Source: a candidate division WOR-3 bacterium
GTDB lineage: Bacteria; SDB-A
Reading direction: 5' to 3'
Assembly (NCBI GenBank): GCA_016934535.1
Contig: JAFGSQ010000049.1
Location: 1-48,227, forward strand
DNA length: 48,227 bases
Position numbers and translations under genes: made by a program. The notes under the pieces were generated by a model. It saw only the letters and a program-made list of their open reading frames with translations. It was not told the origin of the DNA and ran no database searches. Positions 37,227-46,395 of this stretch are shown in pieces (position 1 is the stretch's first letter; each line of letters opens with the position of its first letter).

Positions 37227-38276
37227 TTATATCATTTTAGCTACGATTTTCGAGATTCTCTTGCCTTCACATGCAAGTTCTATTCTGTACATTCCCGCAG
37301 AAAGTTCTTTTCCGGATTCGTCCCTTCCGTCCCAGCTAAGAATATGATTTTCAATGAAAAGATCGCCGGAAGAAAATCTCCTGACTGCTCTGCCGGTCAT
37401 GTCATAGACAGTCACCGTGACATTTGCAGAGTTTTCAGCGTAGACCGGAAGAAATAGAACTGATGCAAAAGGGTTAGGATAGGGATTGCCGAGGTTAAGG
37501 AGAATGGGACCGTTGTTGGGAGTTTCTTCAACTCCTACAAAACCGGATATGTCTATATTTTCGCTCTGATGAATTTGCTTGTCTGAAACAGTGAATGTCT
37601 GGAGGCATACTATAAAATAGACGTCGTCAGGTTCGAAATTCCACCAGGAGGAGGAAAATGTGAAAGGGATATCGATCAAAAGTGTTTCAGGATAAATACC
37701 GGAAAAAGTAATTGGAGTTCCGTTGAAATCCGGGAACATCTTTCTCGCCGGTCTGTGAAATTCTGAAAAAATCCCCCAACTGTGCGGAACCAGATGTGAA
37801 ACGGCTGCGATATAAAGATAGTAAGGGGGAGCGCCAAGATCCTGTTCTGCAATGATTGTCACGTTTAGAATTCCCGACATGAGATCTGGTTCAGCTGTTC
37901 CTTCAAGGAATAAAGTCACGTAACAGGACTCTGCCATGGCTCTCGAATAAGCCAGGTTCAGGGCTGAAAGAGAAGTCGGGGAAAACAGGGGGCATCCGTC
38001 CATACTTGCTACAGGTATGTAAGAGCCTCCGTAAAACTGGAATCTTCCCCAGGCGTCCGGGTTGAAAAGGGGTTCGCCGGATTCTACCTGGTACTTTAAA
38101 GCGCTCAGGCTTTCCTGATTGTCTTCAATGAACGTGTTCTGCAGTCCTGCAGAAGTTGCGCAGTCAATTCAAGTGGCTCCGCTGAATATTTCAAGCAGAG
38201 GTTTTCTTACGGCACTGAACAGCGAAACAGCCAAAAGCATATAAACGATGAAAAGAAAAAAACGCTTGGCAATCAC
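37227..38276 (-). CDS. Putative selenoprotein: secreted Omp28-like thioredoxin-fold protein (UxxC) with a T9SS-A/FlgD-Ig-like C-terminal domain, 349 aa
   Basis: AAGGAGG-4 nt-GTG at 38276, in frame with ORF 37227..38003. It translates MIAKRFFLFIVYMLLAVSLFSAVRKPLLEIFSGAT[TGA]IDCATSAGLQ..YIPVASMDG. The only interruption is TGA at codon 36 (38169-38171), followed by a SECIS-like hairpin. C-terminal GVEE..YPNPF..VYDMTGRAVR..WDGRDESG..SAGMY. Confidence 0.85.
38137..38154 (-). promoter_or_regulatory. Candidate bacterial SECIS element
   Basis: mRNA UUCUGCA-GGAC-UGCAGAA. The stem starts 14 nt after the UGA, and the apical loop begins with G 21 nt after it. Confidence 0.75.
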
Positions 38277-38372
38277 TTTTCCTCCTTATTATACCTTGTA
38301 TATTTATGAGAAACAGGAACTTATGTCAATGTCAAAATTATATAAGCATCCCTTTGCATGGGGTTACAAAAT

Positions 38373-39782
38373 TCACTTTCGTGACACAAATTCACGCAAC
38401 AGTAATGCCGTGTTTATAATTCGCATTTTAACTGATGACATCATGTACAACAGAGCAAAACCGAGGGGTTTTGCTCTGCTTTCATCGACCCAGGAGAGAG
38501 GTATTTCGGCAGTCAATCTAAGAAATCCTGTCAAGGCGAATAAAATCTGTTCAGGCTCGAGGTTCAACCGGGCATGTTTCAAAGCAGGCGGCATAAAAGC
38601 ACCGGATAAAAGAGCGCTGACGACTATGCCGAGTGCTGTAAAAGCGCCGAATATGCCCGAATAAACCTGGTTTTTCCCTTTGGGAGATATAGAAAGCACG
38701 AAGTTAGTGAAGATAATGTTCGTCGCAGACCACATAATCCCAGAAGTTACAGCTTCGATGTAAATCAGCCAAAAATTACTTTTGTTTAGAAAAATCCAGA
38801 CCAGGGGATTTAAACCGCCCAGTATAACTGTAATCCTCATCGTCGTCTTGTTGCCGAACCTGTCTATAAAACGACCCCAGTATCTCAATGATATGACGGA
38901 TGATATGACGCTGACAGTCCCGTATATCTGAATTAAAAAAAGATTCATCTTCAGTTTCTGGATCATGAAAGGAGTCCAGAAAGGTGACCCGACACCTATG
39001 GCCAGAGTAAACCACGTCGCAAATAGAAGGAGTTTTAAAAAATTTCTGTCGCGGAAAGGGGAAGAGAATGTCTCCGAAAGCTTCTCGGGGAAGTTTTTTT
39101 TCGTTTTTTCAATTTGCTTCGACAGTATCTTGGCGCTAATCAGGCCGGATACAGCCGCAATTGCGAAAATCGCGGCAAAGGCGTAAACTAGATTTTCGGT
39201 CTTGAAAAATGAGGAAAGGAATTCCGAATACCCCCTTATTCTTGCAAAAACCGAACCGTCGGATTCGAAAAGGTCGAAGGCGAGACTGAAAACAAATCCT
39301 GTCAATAGCGCAGTTACCATGAGAAACTGAGTTCTGTACGAGAAAAATCTCCCTCTTATTCTCTCAGGTATGAGGTCGGCGATCCAGGAGATCCATATAT
39401 TTCCAGCCGCGGCCTGAACTGCGGTGACTGAAAAAAAGAGCAAAGCGAACAGAAGGCGAGACATGGAATCGGACATTAAAAAAGGAATAACGCCGAATAA
39501 AAGTGTGGCTGATCTGCTGTAATAAAGCATTTTGACGAGAATAGATTTTCGGGTCGAAAGTTTCCTCGTTATGACGAAACCGAGAGGCTGAAAGAGCTGT
39601 GAAAGTTGACCTATGGCTGTCAACAGGCCAAAATAAAACGGTCCGGCTCCCAGAAAAATTGCGAACTTTGTCACAAAAATACTGCCGGGCGCCGACAGAG
39701 ATGAGTATATCTGTGCGAATACGCCTTCTGTGAACGAAATTTTCACGAGAGAGGCGCTTGATTTTATTTTTTCTTTTTCCAT
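38373..39782 (-). CDS. MFS transporter
   Basis: About 12 hydrophobic segments, WIADLIPERIRGRFFS, PFRDRNF and WGRFIDRFGNK (MFS motif A-like). Confidence 0.9.
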   Translation of the reverse strand: MEKEKIKSSASLVKISFTEGVFAQIYSSLSAPGSIFVTKFAIFLGAGPFYFGLLTAIGQLSQLFQPLGFVITRKLSTRKSILVKMLYYSRSATLLFGVIPFLMSDSMSRLLFALLFFSVTAVQAAAGNIWISWIADLIPERIRGRFFSYRTQFLMVTALLTGFVFSLAFDLFESDGSVFARIRGYSEFLSSFFKTENLVYAFAAIFAIAAVSGLISAKILSKQIEKTKKNFPEKLSETFSSPFRDRNFLKLLLFATWFTLAIGVGSPFWTPFMIQKLKMNLFLIQIYGTVSVISSVISLRYWGRFIDRFGNKTTMRITVILGGLNPLVWIFLNKSNFWLIYIEAVTSGIMWSATNIIFTNFVLSISPKGKNQVYSGIFGAFTALGIVVSALLSGAFMPPALKHARLNLEPEQILFALTGFLRLTAEIPLSWVDESRAKPLGFALLYMMSSVKMRIINTALLLREFVSRK

Positions 39783-39862
39783 ATACTTGAAGAAGTTTCA
39801 ATGATGTTATGTCATAATTTCATTGTGTCAATATCAATCTGATAAACAGAGGCGGATGTTAA

Positions 39863-40720
39863 ATGAGTATCATTTCGGCTTATTATTTGGCGGGAAAAAT
39901 ACTTGAAAACAAAAGTGAAAACGACGCACTGCGCCTTGCTGAAAAAACCGCTCGGGCAGCGCGTCTGCTGATGAATAAAAATTATTCAATACTGCTCGAA
40001 AATCTTTCTCTTGCCTTGAACAGAAATTTTAACGACAGTGATATAACCGACATTGCGGACAGAAATTTTTCAAATTTCGCTTTCAATCTTACCGAATTCC
40101 TCAGACGTAAAAGAGATGATAAAGAAACCTTTCAACCGTTGATAGAGGGTGACATCGAAGCCGTGAAAAAGCTTCTTGACAAAGGCGACAGAGTCATAGC
40201 CGTAAGCGGCCACTTGGGCAACTGGGAGCTTCTGGGCAGTTTCGGTGCATTCCTGGGATATCCCCTTTATGCCGTCGCCGCAAGACACAGGTTTAGAGGT
40301 GACACCAGATATTTCGAAAAAAAAAGAGAAGAGAGGTGTGTGAAGAGTATTTGTCCGGAAAATATATATTCTTTTCTAAAAAACAAAGCAGGAGAAGGCA
40401 GCTATATATTTGCAGTCATGGCCGACAGGCCGATTTTTGGCAGTGCTGTCCACGCGGACATGTTCGGCAGAAAAGCGATTCTGTCCGGATCATGCTTCAA
40501 ACTCGCTCAGCGATTCTTCAAACATGCGGTTTTTCCTTTTGCTTTAAAAGTAGGAAATGGTAAATATATAGTTAATATTAACGGACCCTATGAAATTAAC
40601 GACAAAAAGAACGCGAAAGAAGCTCAAAAAGAGCTGATAAAAAAATATGCGGAAATATATCAGAACTACGCCGGGAAATACCCGGAACAGTGGTATTGTT
40701 ACAAAAGATTTTTCGTGTAA
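39863..40720 (+). CDS. LpxL/HtrB-like (lipid A biosynthesis family) acyltransferase
   Basis: SGHLGNWEL (HxxxxE), MADR, MFGR and YPEQWY motifs. Confidence 0.88.
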   Translation: MSIISAYYLAGKILENKSENDALRLAEKTARAARLLMNKNYSILLENLSLALNRNFNDSDITDIADRNFSNFAFNLTEFLRRKRDDKETFQPLIEGDIEAVKKLLDKGDRVIAVSGHLGNWELLGSFGAFLGYPLYAVAARHRFRGDTRYFEKKREERCVKSICPENIYSFLKNKAGEGSYIFAVMADRPIFGSAVHADMFGRKAILSGSCFKLAQRFFKHAVFPFALKVGNGKYIVNINGPYEINDKKNAKEAQKELIKKYAEIYQNYAGKYPEQWYCYKRFFV

Positions 40721-41384
40721 TATAGCCGTAGTCATACCGGCTTTCAACGAAGAGAATTCTATCGGAGACATAATAGAAAAAATCCGAACGCTTTACGGCC
40801 TGAGCGTCTGTGTCGTAGATGACGCCTCTACCGATGAGACAACTACTATGGCTCAAGAGAAAGGTGCGCACGTCATCAGGTCTGATAAAAACATGGGAAA
40901 AGGAGCGGCAATAATAAGAGGAATGAGATGGGCTGCGGATAACAGCTTCAAAGGAGCCGTGCTGATGGACGGAGACGGACAGCATTTACCTGAAGATGTG
41001 GCAAGCTTTCTTGATGTTCTCGACAGGAGATTTGATTGCATCGTAGTCGGCGTCAGGAATTTTAGCCACAGAAACATGCCTCTTCCGAGGATATTTTCCA
41101 ACAAGACAACGTCATTGGTTTGTTCCATCTTGTCCAACAAGAGGATTAGAGATTCTCAATGCGGATTCAGGTATGTTTCCTGCGGAATTTTCAGGAGAAT
41201 ACGTCTTAAAACAAAAAGGTTTCAGACAGAGACCGAGATCCTCATAAGGTCGGCTAAATTGAATTCCGAAATCAGGGAAGTGGAAGTTACTACGGTTTAC
41301 GGAACCGAAAAAAGCCACATAAATCCTTTTCTGGACACTTTGAGATTTCTAAAAATGATATTCATGTTTATCGGTGAAACGTGA
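40647..41384 (+). CDS. Glycosyltransferase family 2 (DPM-synthase-like)
   Basis: VVIPAFNEE, VVDDASTDET, NMGKGAA, MDGDGQH, DSQCGFR and FQTETE. The start is uncertain (74-nt overlap with the upstream gene). Confidence 0.9.
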   Translation: MRKYIRTTPGNTRNSGIVTKDFSCNIAVVIPAFNEENSIGDIIEKIRTLYGLSVCVVDDASTDETTTMAQEKGAHVIRSDKNMGKGAAIIRGMRWAADNSFKGAVLMDGDGQHLPEDVASFLDVLDRRFDCIVVGVRNFSHRNMPLPRIFSNKTTSLVCSILSNKRIRDSQCGFRYVSCGIFRRIRLKTKRFQTETEILIRSAKLNSEIREVEVTTVYGTEKSHINPFLDTLRFLKMIFMFIGET

Positions 41385-41385
41385 A

Positions 41386-42126
41386 ATGAAAATCCTTTTG
41401 ACAAACGACGACGGAATAAATGCGGTCGGTTTGAAAGCATTGAGGCAAGCCCTGACCGGACTTGGAGAGATATGCGTGGTTGCTCCAGAGGAAGAACAGA
41501 GCGCTTCAAGCCATGGCATAACTCTGAGAAAACCGGTCGTGGTGAAAAATCCTGAACAAGGAATTTACACAGTGTCCGGAACTCCGACAGACTGCATAGT
41601 ACTCGCCCTGAGAGCCGGTTTGTGCCCCGATCCCGACATTGTGCTTTCCGGAATAAACTCTGGCTACAACATAGGAGAAGACATTCTTTATTCTGGCACT
41701 TTCGCGGCGGCGGCTGAAGCTTCTCTTTCCGACATTCCGTCGATGGCTGTTTCAAGCGAGTATTCGAAGGATATTTCCTCTTTCGAAAAATGCGGAAAGA
41801 TAGCCAGAAAACTGATCCCCGCAGTTCTCGAACTGGGTGGCCTTTGGAATTTGAATGTCCCGAGCAGACTTCTTTCAGAGAAAATCAAGGTCACGTTTAT
41901 GGGACACAGAAAATACGACAGAGCCATATCACCGAGATTCGATCCGATAGGCAGAGCTTATTACTGGCTCTCCGGCGACAAACCCCTCTGGGACGTTGAG
42001 GAAGGAAGCGACATAAGCGCTGTGGAATCAGGCGCAGCTTCCTTGACGCCTTACAAAATAAAAAATCTCCTGGATGTCGACCTCGCGGAAAAGATCAAAG
42101 TTCTTCTCGAAAAGGATACAAAATGA
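41386..42126 (+). CDS. surE: 5'/3'-nucleotidase SurE
   Basis: MKILLTNDDG, VAP..EQSASSH, GTPTDC, SGINSG, YSGT and NLNVP. Alternative start GTG 41374. Confidence 0.96.
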   Translation: MKILLTNDDGINAVGLKALRQALTGLGEICVVAPEEEQSASSHGITLRKPVVVKNPEQGIYTVSGTPTDCIVLALRAGLCPDPDIVLSGINSGYNIGEDILYSGTFAAAAEASLSDIPSMAVSSEYSKDISSFEKCGKIARKLIPAVLELGGLWNLNVPSRLLSEKIKVTFMGHRKYDRAISPRFDPIGRAYYWLSGDKPLWDVEEGSDISAVESGAASLTPYKIKNLLDVDLAEKIKVLLEKDTK

Positions 42127-42770
42127 GGATCTCAAGGGAAAAGATGGTCAGAATCCTGCAGAAAAAAGACGATCCTGTCAAAAATCCCGAAGTGTTAAAA
42201 GCGATGATGAATGTACCCAGGCATCTTTTTGTCGGCGAGGATTTCAGAGCGAGAGCTTACGACGATGGTCCTTTGCCTATAGGAAAAAACCAGACCATTT
42301 CTCAGCCATACATGGTCGCCAAGATGACCGAGCTTTTGAAACCAAAAAAAGGAGATGCTGTCCTGGAAATCGGAACTGGCAGTGGCTATCAGTCAGCAGT
42401 ACTCGCGGAAATTGTTGATAAGGTTTATACTATTGAAAGGATTCCTGAACTCGCGGAAGCGGCGAAGAAAAAATTTGATGAACTCGGTTACAGAAATATA
42501 AACGTCAGAATAGGAGACGGGTCGGTAGGATGGCCTGAAATGGGTCCGTTTGACGGAATAATTGTCACCGCAGGATGCCCCGAGATTCCCGAACCTCTGC
42601 TCGAACAGTTGAAAGAGGACGGACGCCTCGCGGTTCCTGTTGGATCGATGAGTTATCAGGAACTCATTGTTGTTACGAAGAGAAAAGACGGTTATTATGT
42701 ATCCAAAAAATTCGGATGTATTTTCGTCCCTCTTATAGGAATAAGAGGCTGGAAACAAGGAGGAAACTGA
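42123..42770 (+). CDS. pcm: Protein-L-isoaspartate O-methyltransferase
   Basis: VPRHLFV, QTISQPYMVA, LEIGTGSGYQ, GDGSVGW, PFDGIIVTAG and FVPL, in the conserved surE-pcm pair. Confidence 0.97.
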   Translation: MRISREKMVRILQKKDDPVKNPEVLKAMMNVPRHLFVGEDFRARAYDDGPLPIGKNQTISQPYMVAKMTELLKPKKGDAVLEIGTGSGYQSAVLAEIVDKVYTIERIPELAEAAKKKFDELGYRNINVRIGDGSVGWPEMGPFDGIIVTAGCPEIPEPLLEQLKEDGRLAVPVGSMSYQELIVVTKRKDGYYVSKKFGCIFVPLIGIRGWKQGGN

Positions 42771-43183
42771 TGTGGTGGTTAGGAAAAATTGTGACTTGGA
42801 GAGAAACAGTATATTTTTTAATATTACTCGCAGGAGCTGTTTGGGGAGCGGCAAGATGGCTGAAAATCAGAAACGTCAAAACTTCAGATTCAGATAAATA
42901 CAAAGCTTTGTCTGCCCTTTATATCTTTCTCGGTTTTTCTTCAGCTTTTTTAGTGTATATTTTTCATCTTGTCGCCGACGTTTCTGCCGCCAGGGCAGCC
43001 TCTTTCCAGGGTCTCGATAACGCACCTCCAATTCCAATCTGGGGTTCGCTCAGGGTTCTGGAATGGGCTCTTCTCATTGCCGGCGCTGTTGTAAGCGTAT
43101 TTTACGGCATGCAAGCTCAAAATCGTATTCAAAGGAGCCACTCTGATGAAGACGGAAAAAATGATAGTTTACTTCAAGGTTGA
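42770..43183 (+). CDS. Hypothetical membrane protein
   Basis: ATG 42770 (TGATG coupling to pcm, AGGAGG upstream). Three hydrophobic segments. Confidence 0.7.
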   Translation: MWWLGKIVTWRETVYFLILLAGAVWGAARWLKIRNVKTSDSDKYKALSALYIFLGFSSAFLVYIFHLVADVSAARAASFQGLDNAPPIPIWGSLRVLEWALLIAGAVVSVFYGMQAQNRIQRSHSDEDGKNDSLLQG

Positions 43184-43499
43184 CGAATACGAAAAATGCC
43201 TTGAATTCGCCGTAAATATCCTCGGATTCTCTTTGTTCAGGAAAGAAGAGAATTGTGAAATATATCTAAATGAAAGCGAAAACTTCGGCATAGGTTACTG
43301 CAGGGCGCAGGGAGAAGACACCTCATCTTCCGGATGCCTCGTGTCCTTCAATGTCGATAATGTCGACGAATGCCACAAAAAAATAAAAGAAGCCGGATAC
43401 GCTCTCACTGATCCGAAAGAGAGTTCCAGGCACGGAGTGTATCATTTTTATGCCGCGGACCCGGCAGGAAACACTTTAGAATTCATGAGATTCATCTGA
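43146..43499 (+). CDS. VOC / glyoxalase family protein
   Basis: EF..NILGF, VSFNVDNVDE and HFYAADPAGNTLEF. AAGGAG RBS. Confidence 0.88.
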   Translation: MKTEKMIVYFKVDEYEKCLEFAVNILGFSLFRKEENCEIYLNESENFGIGYCRAQGEDTSSSGCLVSFNVDNVDECHKKIKEAGYALTDPKESSRHGVYHFYAADPAGNTLEFMRFI

Positions 43500-45179
43500 T
43501 TTTTTGAAAACTCCCTGACGTGAAAAATCTTTTCTTCTGGCATTTCTTACACCCTGACTTTTTATTGTTTTCACAGGTTTTTTGGTCAGGGATTCCATTT
43601 CCGAGTAATGAGCGCATGTCGAATCTGTCATCGGAGTCGGCGTGAAGTCCTGAAAAGCCCTGTTGAAAATTTTTCTTTTTTTTGTGAATTCGAGCAATTC
43701 CGAGAATTCATTTTCTCCTTCTCCCGGATGTGACAAGATGAAATAAGGCACGAGTTCAACGTGCAGGCCGAATTGTTTTTTTATTCTCTCGAATCGGACG
43801 ATAAAATTCTCGAAAACTTCAGGTTTGTATTTCTTCATTATCTTCAGCACAGGCTGACTGACATGCTCGGGGGCGACTTTCAGAATTCCGCTCGTGTATT
43901 TTTCCGAGATCTCTTTCAGCAACTTGTCGTCGGCGAGTGAGATGTCCAGCCGCAATCCGGAACCGATGCTTATTTTTTTTACGTCTTTTCTGCCGGCGAT
44001 CTTATCGAGCAAAGCCAGGTATTTTTCCGGATCGGTTTTGAGATGCCGGCATTTTTCAGGATAGAGGCAATCTCTGTCGTTACATCCCGCTTCCGGGAAT
44101 TTCGTACAACAGCTGAAGTACATGTCAGCGCTTGGTCCGCCGACGTCCGATATCCGTCCTCTATAAAACGGATTTCTTGCTATGCGATCGATTTCATCCA
44201 TTATGGAATCCTGCGAGCGCGATACTATTGTCCTACCCTGATGAAGCCTTATGGAGCAAAAAGAACAGGATCCCAGGCAGCCCCTGTGTGAAGTTACAGA
44301 ATTGGCTATCATTTCGAGAGCGGGAACCCCCCTGTTTAGAGCGTGCGATTTTCTCGAATAAGGGAAAGCATAGAGGCTGTCGAAAAATTCAGATTTGACA
44401 GGCATCGCGGGAGGATTGCAGACGACTAAACGCGAATCCTGACGCTGGAAGATCGCTTTTCCGAAGACGGGATGGCAGTTCTCGTTCAATATTGCCTGTG
44501 CTTCAGCGAATGCCGCAGTATCTCTTGAGACATCGTCGAAGGAAGGCAGTTCCACTCCTGAAGGTTCTCCGGAAACATAACACGTTCCGGGTATTCCGGA
44601 CTTGTCGAAGTTATCAGGATTTTCGCTTATCCTTCGTGCAATTTCCATTATCTGAGATTCACCCATTCCGAAAACCAAAAAATCTGCTTTTGAATCCGTG
44701 AGCACCGATTTTCTCAATTGATCGCTGTAGTAGTCGTAATGAGCTATTCTTCTCAGAGAAGCTTCAATCCCTCCAAGCACAACAGGTAAGCCCTTGAAAG
44801 CTTCTTTGACCCAGTTAGTATAGACTATGACGGCTCTGTCGGGTCTTTTTTTTGAGCCGTCTTTTCTGAAAGGGTCTCCTCGTGATGAATACTTGTCGTC
44901 GGTTCTTATCTTTCTGTTGCCTGTATAATTTGATACTATCGAATCGAGATTTCCGGCTGTGACACCGACAAACAGACGTGGGGGAGGGAATTTTTTAAGA
45001 CTTTCCCTTGTCGGTTGAGAACATACTGCGGTTTTGTATCCTTTATGCTGAAGGAGTCTCGCTATAAGCGAGACTCCGAATGAAGGATGGTCTATATAAG
45101 CGTCTCCGGTCAAGAGAAGAATGTCGTAGCCGTTTTTGTAGACGGAAAGAATTTCGTCTCTCGACGCGGGTAAAGTCAT
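43476..45179 (-). CDS. YgiQ (UPF0313) family radical SAM protein
   Basis: TGDAYIDHPSFG, GVTAGNLDS, GGIEASLRRIAHYDY, HRGCLGSCSFC, DVGGPSA, LKVAPEH and QDFTPTP. Confidence 0.94.
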   Translation of the reverse strand: MTLPASRDEILSVYKNGYDILLLTGDAYIDHPSFGVSLIARLLQHKGYKTAVCSQPTRESLKKFPPPRLFVGVTAGNLDSIVSNYTGNRKIRTDDKYSSRGDPFRKDGSKKRPDRAVIVYTNWVKEAFKGLPVVLGGIEASLRRIAHYDYYSDQLRKSVLTDSKADFLVFGMGESQIMEIARRISENPDNFDKSGIPGTCYVSGEPSGVELPSFDDVSRDTAAFAEAQAILNENCHPVFGKAIFQRQDSRLVVCNPPAMPVKSEFFDSLYAFPYSRKSHALNRGVPALEMIANSVTSHRGCLGSCSFCSIRLHQGRTIVSRSQDSIMDEIDRIARNPFYRGRISDVGGPSADMYFSCCTKFPEAGCNDRDCLYPEKCRHLKTDPEKYLALLDKIAGRKDVKKISIGSGLRLDISLADDKLLKEISEKYTSGILKVAPEHVSQPVLKIMKKYKPEVFENFIVRFERIKKQFGLHVELVPYFILSHPGEGENEFSELLEFTKKRKIFNRAFQDFTPTPMTDSTCAHYSEMESLTKKPVKTIKSQGVRNARRKDFSRQGVFKKSDESHEF

Positions 45180-45865
45180 TTTTTAGGCAAGAAAGGTATT
45201 ATCAGACCTGCAAGACCTTCAATTTGCCTGGTTTGCAGATAAAGTTTTCCGGGACCTTTGTATCTGCACACAAAACCTTCACCTGATGTGACTGATGATA
45301 TGAATCCTTTGGCTGCTTTTTCGATTGTGTACTGGATGGAAGCGTCGAAGGCTACTATGTGGCCGTTATCGACAATGTATTCTTCTCCCTGAGCTATTTC
45401 GACCTGATGAATGGCTCCGAAACTCGACACAAGAAGGGTTCCTGTTCCCGTAATTTTCATCATGAAAAGGCCTTCCCTGGCGAAAAAGCTTTTGCCTCCC
45501 GTGAACTTCGTGTCTAACTCAAGTGTAGGGGACGAAGCGAGATATGAGCCGGATTGAACCATGAAAGACTGACCCTGGATTTCAATGCCTGTTATGTCGC
45601 CCACCCCGGTAGGAGCGAGAAGAATATGACCTGGTCCGTTCAAGGCCGTGTATTTTGTCTGGAAAAAACTCTCGCCGACAAAAGATCTCGCTGCGGCTTT
45701 CATTAAACCGCCGAATCCTTTCTTACCTCCGCCCATTTCCGACTTTATCTCTATGTTGGGCGTCATGCCTACCATAGCGCCTGATTCACCTGTAATGGAT
45801 TCGTCTTTTTCAAGAGATACTTTTACCACCGAATAACTCGGTTGATACATGATCTCATACTTCAT
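45176..45865 (-). CDS. TIGR00266 / AIM24 family protein
   Basis: ATG 45865 after AAGGAGG. ESGAMV, GESFF, GSYLAS, EGLF, SSFGAI, VDNGHIVAF, GEG..GPG..QTR. Confidence 0.93.
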   Translation of the reverse strand: MKYEIMYQPSYSVVKVSLEKDESITGESGAMVGMTPNIEIKSEMGGGKKGFGGLMKAAARSFVGESFFQTKYTALNGPGHILLAPTGVGDITGIEIQGQSFMVQSGSYLASSPTLELDTKFTGGKSFFAREGLFMMKITGTGTLLVSSFGAIHQVEIAQGEEYIVDNGHIVAFDASIQYTIEKAAKGFISSVTSGEGFVCRYKGPGKLYLQTRQIEGLAGLIIPFLPKK

Positions 45866-46316
45866 CGATGCCTCCTTTTTTAAATACTTTAAGCCAATAA
45901 TCGAGGTTGACGTTCGGATTGATTTTATCATCATTTATTTCTGCTTTCTTCTTTTTTTTCAATACATTTTCCAATTTTGAGACAACTGACGCTCCGAGAT
46001 ATTTACATCTTTTTGAAAGCAGTCTGTCAGCTGTGACTACAGTGTAAATGTTTTTTTTGCATCCGTTTTCAATAAGTTTTACTATAAGATCGTCAGCTTC
46101 GTCTTTTTCTCCCGAGAAAATGATCTCTGCGCCCGGACGTTTTTCCCTGCTCGAAGATTTACCTTTTCCGTCGAAAACCAAAACAGGATAGTATTTCCCG
46201 GAAGCAGTTACGGCTTTCACCTTTGACAGGAGCTTTTCTCTGCTTTGCTCGTCGAAAGATTTTTTAAAACTTCTTCCAAGCATATTATATCCATCGACTA
46301 TGAGGATTTTTTTCAA
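45855..46316 (-). CDS. NYN domain (YacP-like) putative ribonuclease
   Basis: ILIVDGYNM, LVFDG, EADDLI and VVTADR. TTG 46316 follows GGAGGAG. Confidence 0.88.
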   Translation of the reverse strand: MKKILIVDGYNMLGRSFKKSFDEQSREKLLSKVKAVTASGKYYPVLVFDGKGKSSSREKRPGAEIIFSGEKDEADDLIVKLIENGCKKNIYTVVTADRLLSKRCKYLGASVVSKLENVLKKKKKAEINDDKINPNVNLDYWLKVFKKGGIDEV

Positions 46317-46395
46317 TCGCGACTCCTCCAATAATGTTGATGCTATAAATTTTATTATACTTTATAATCAGTACCGGATATAAAGTATTTTAACT

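Noticed and set aside
38169-38171. Genome-wide reassignment of TGA to Trp or Gly as the explanation for the in-frame stop
   Set aside because: TGA terminates conserved genes at their expected ends here (der 8098, gpsA 9725, pcm 42770), and TGG is used for Trp throughout.
37227-38276. Pseudogene interpretation of the Omp28-like gene
   Set aside because: Disfavoured but not excluded. RBS, signal peptide, reading frame and terminator are intact, the single stop falls on the catalytic Cys position, and a SECIS-like stem follows it.
38324-38335. Tandem TTGACA-TTGACA upstream of the selenoprotein candidate as a defined promoter
   Set aside because: Neither copy has a convincing -10 at 16-18 nt, and the TATAAT present sits directly against the RBS, so no promoter is called.
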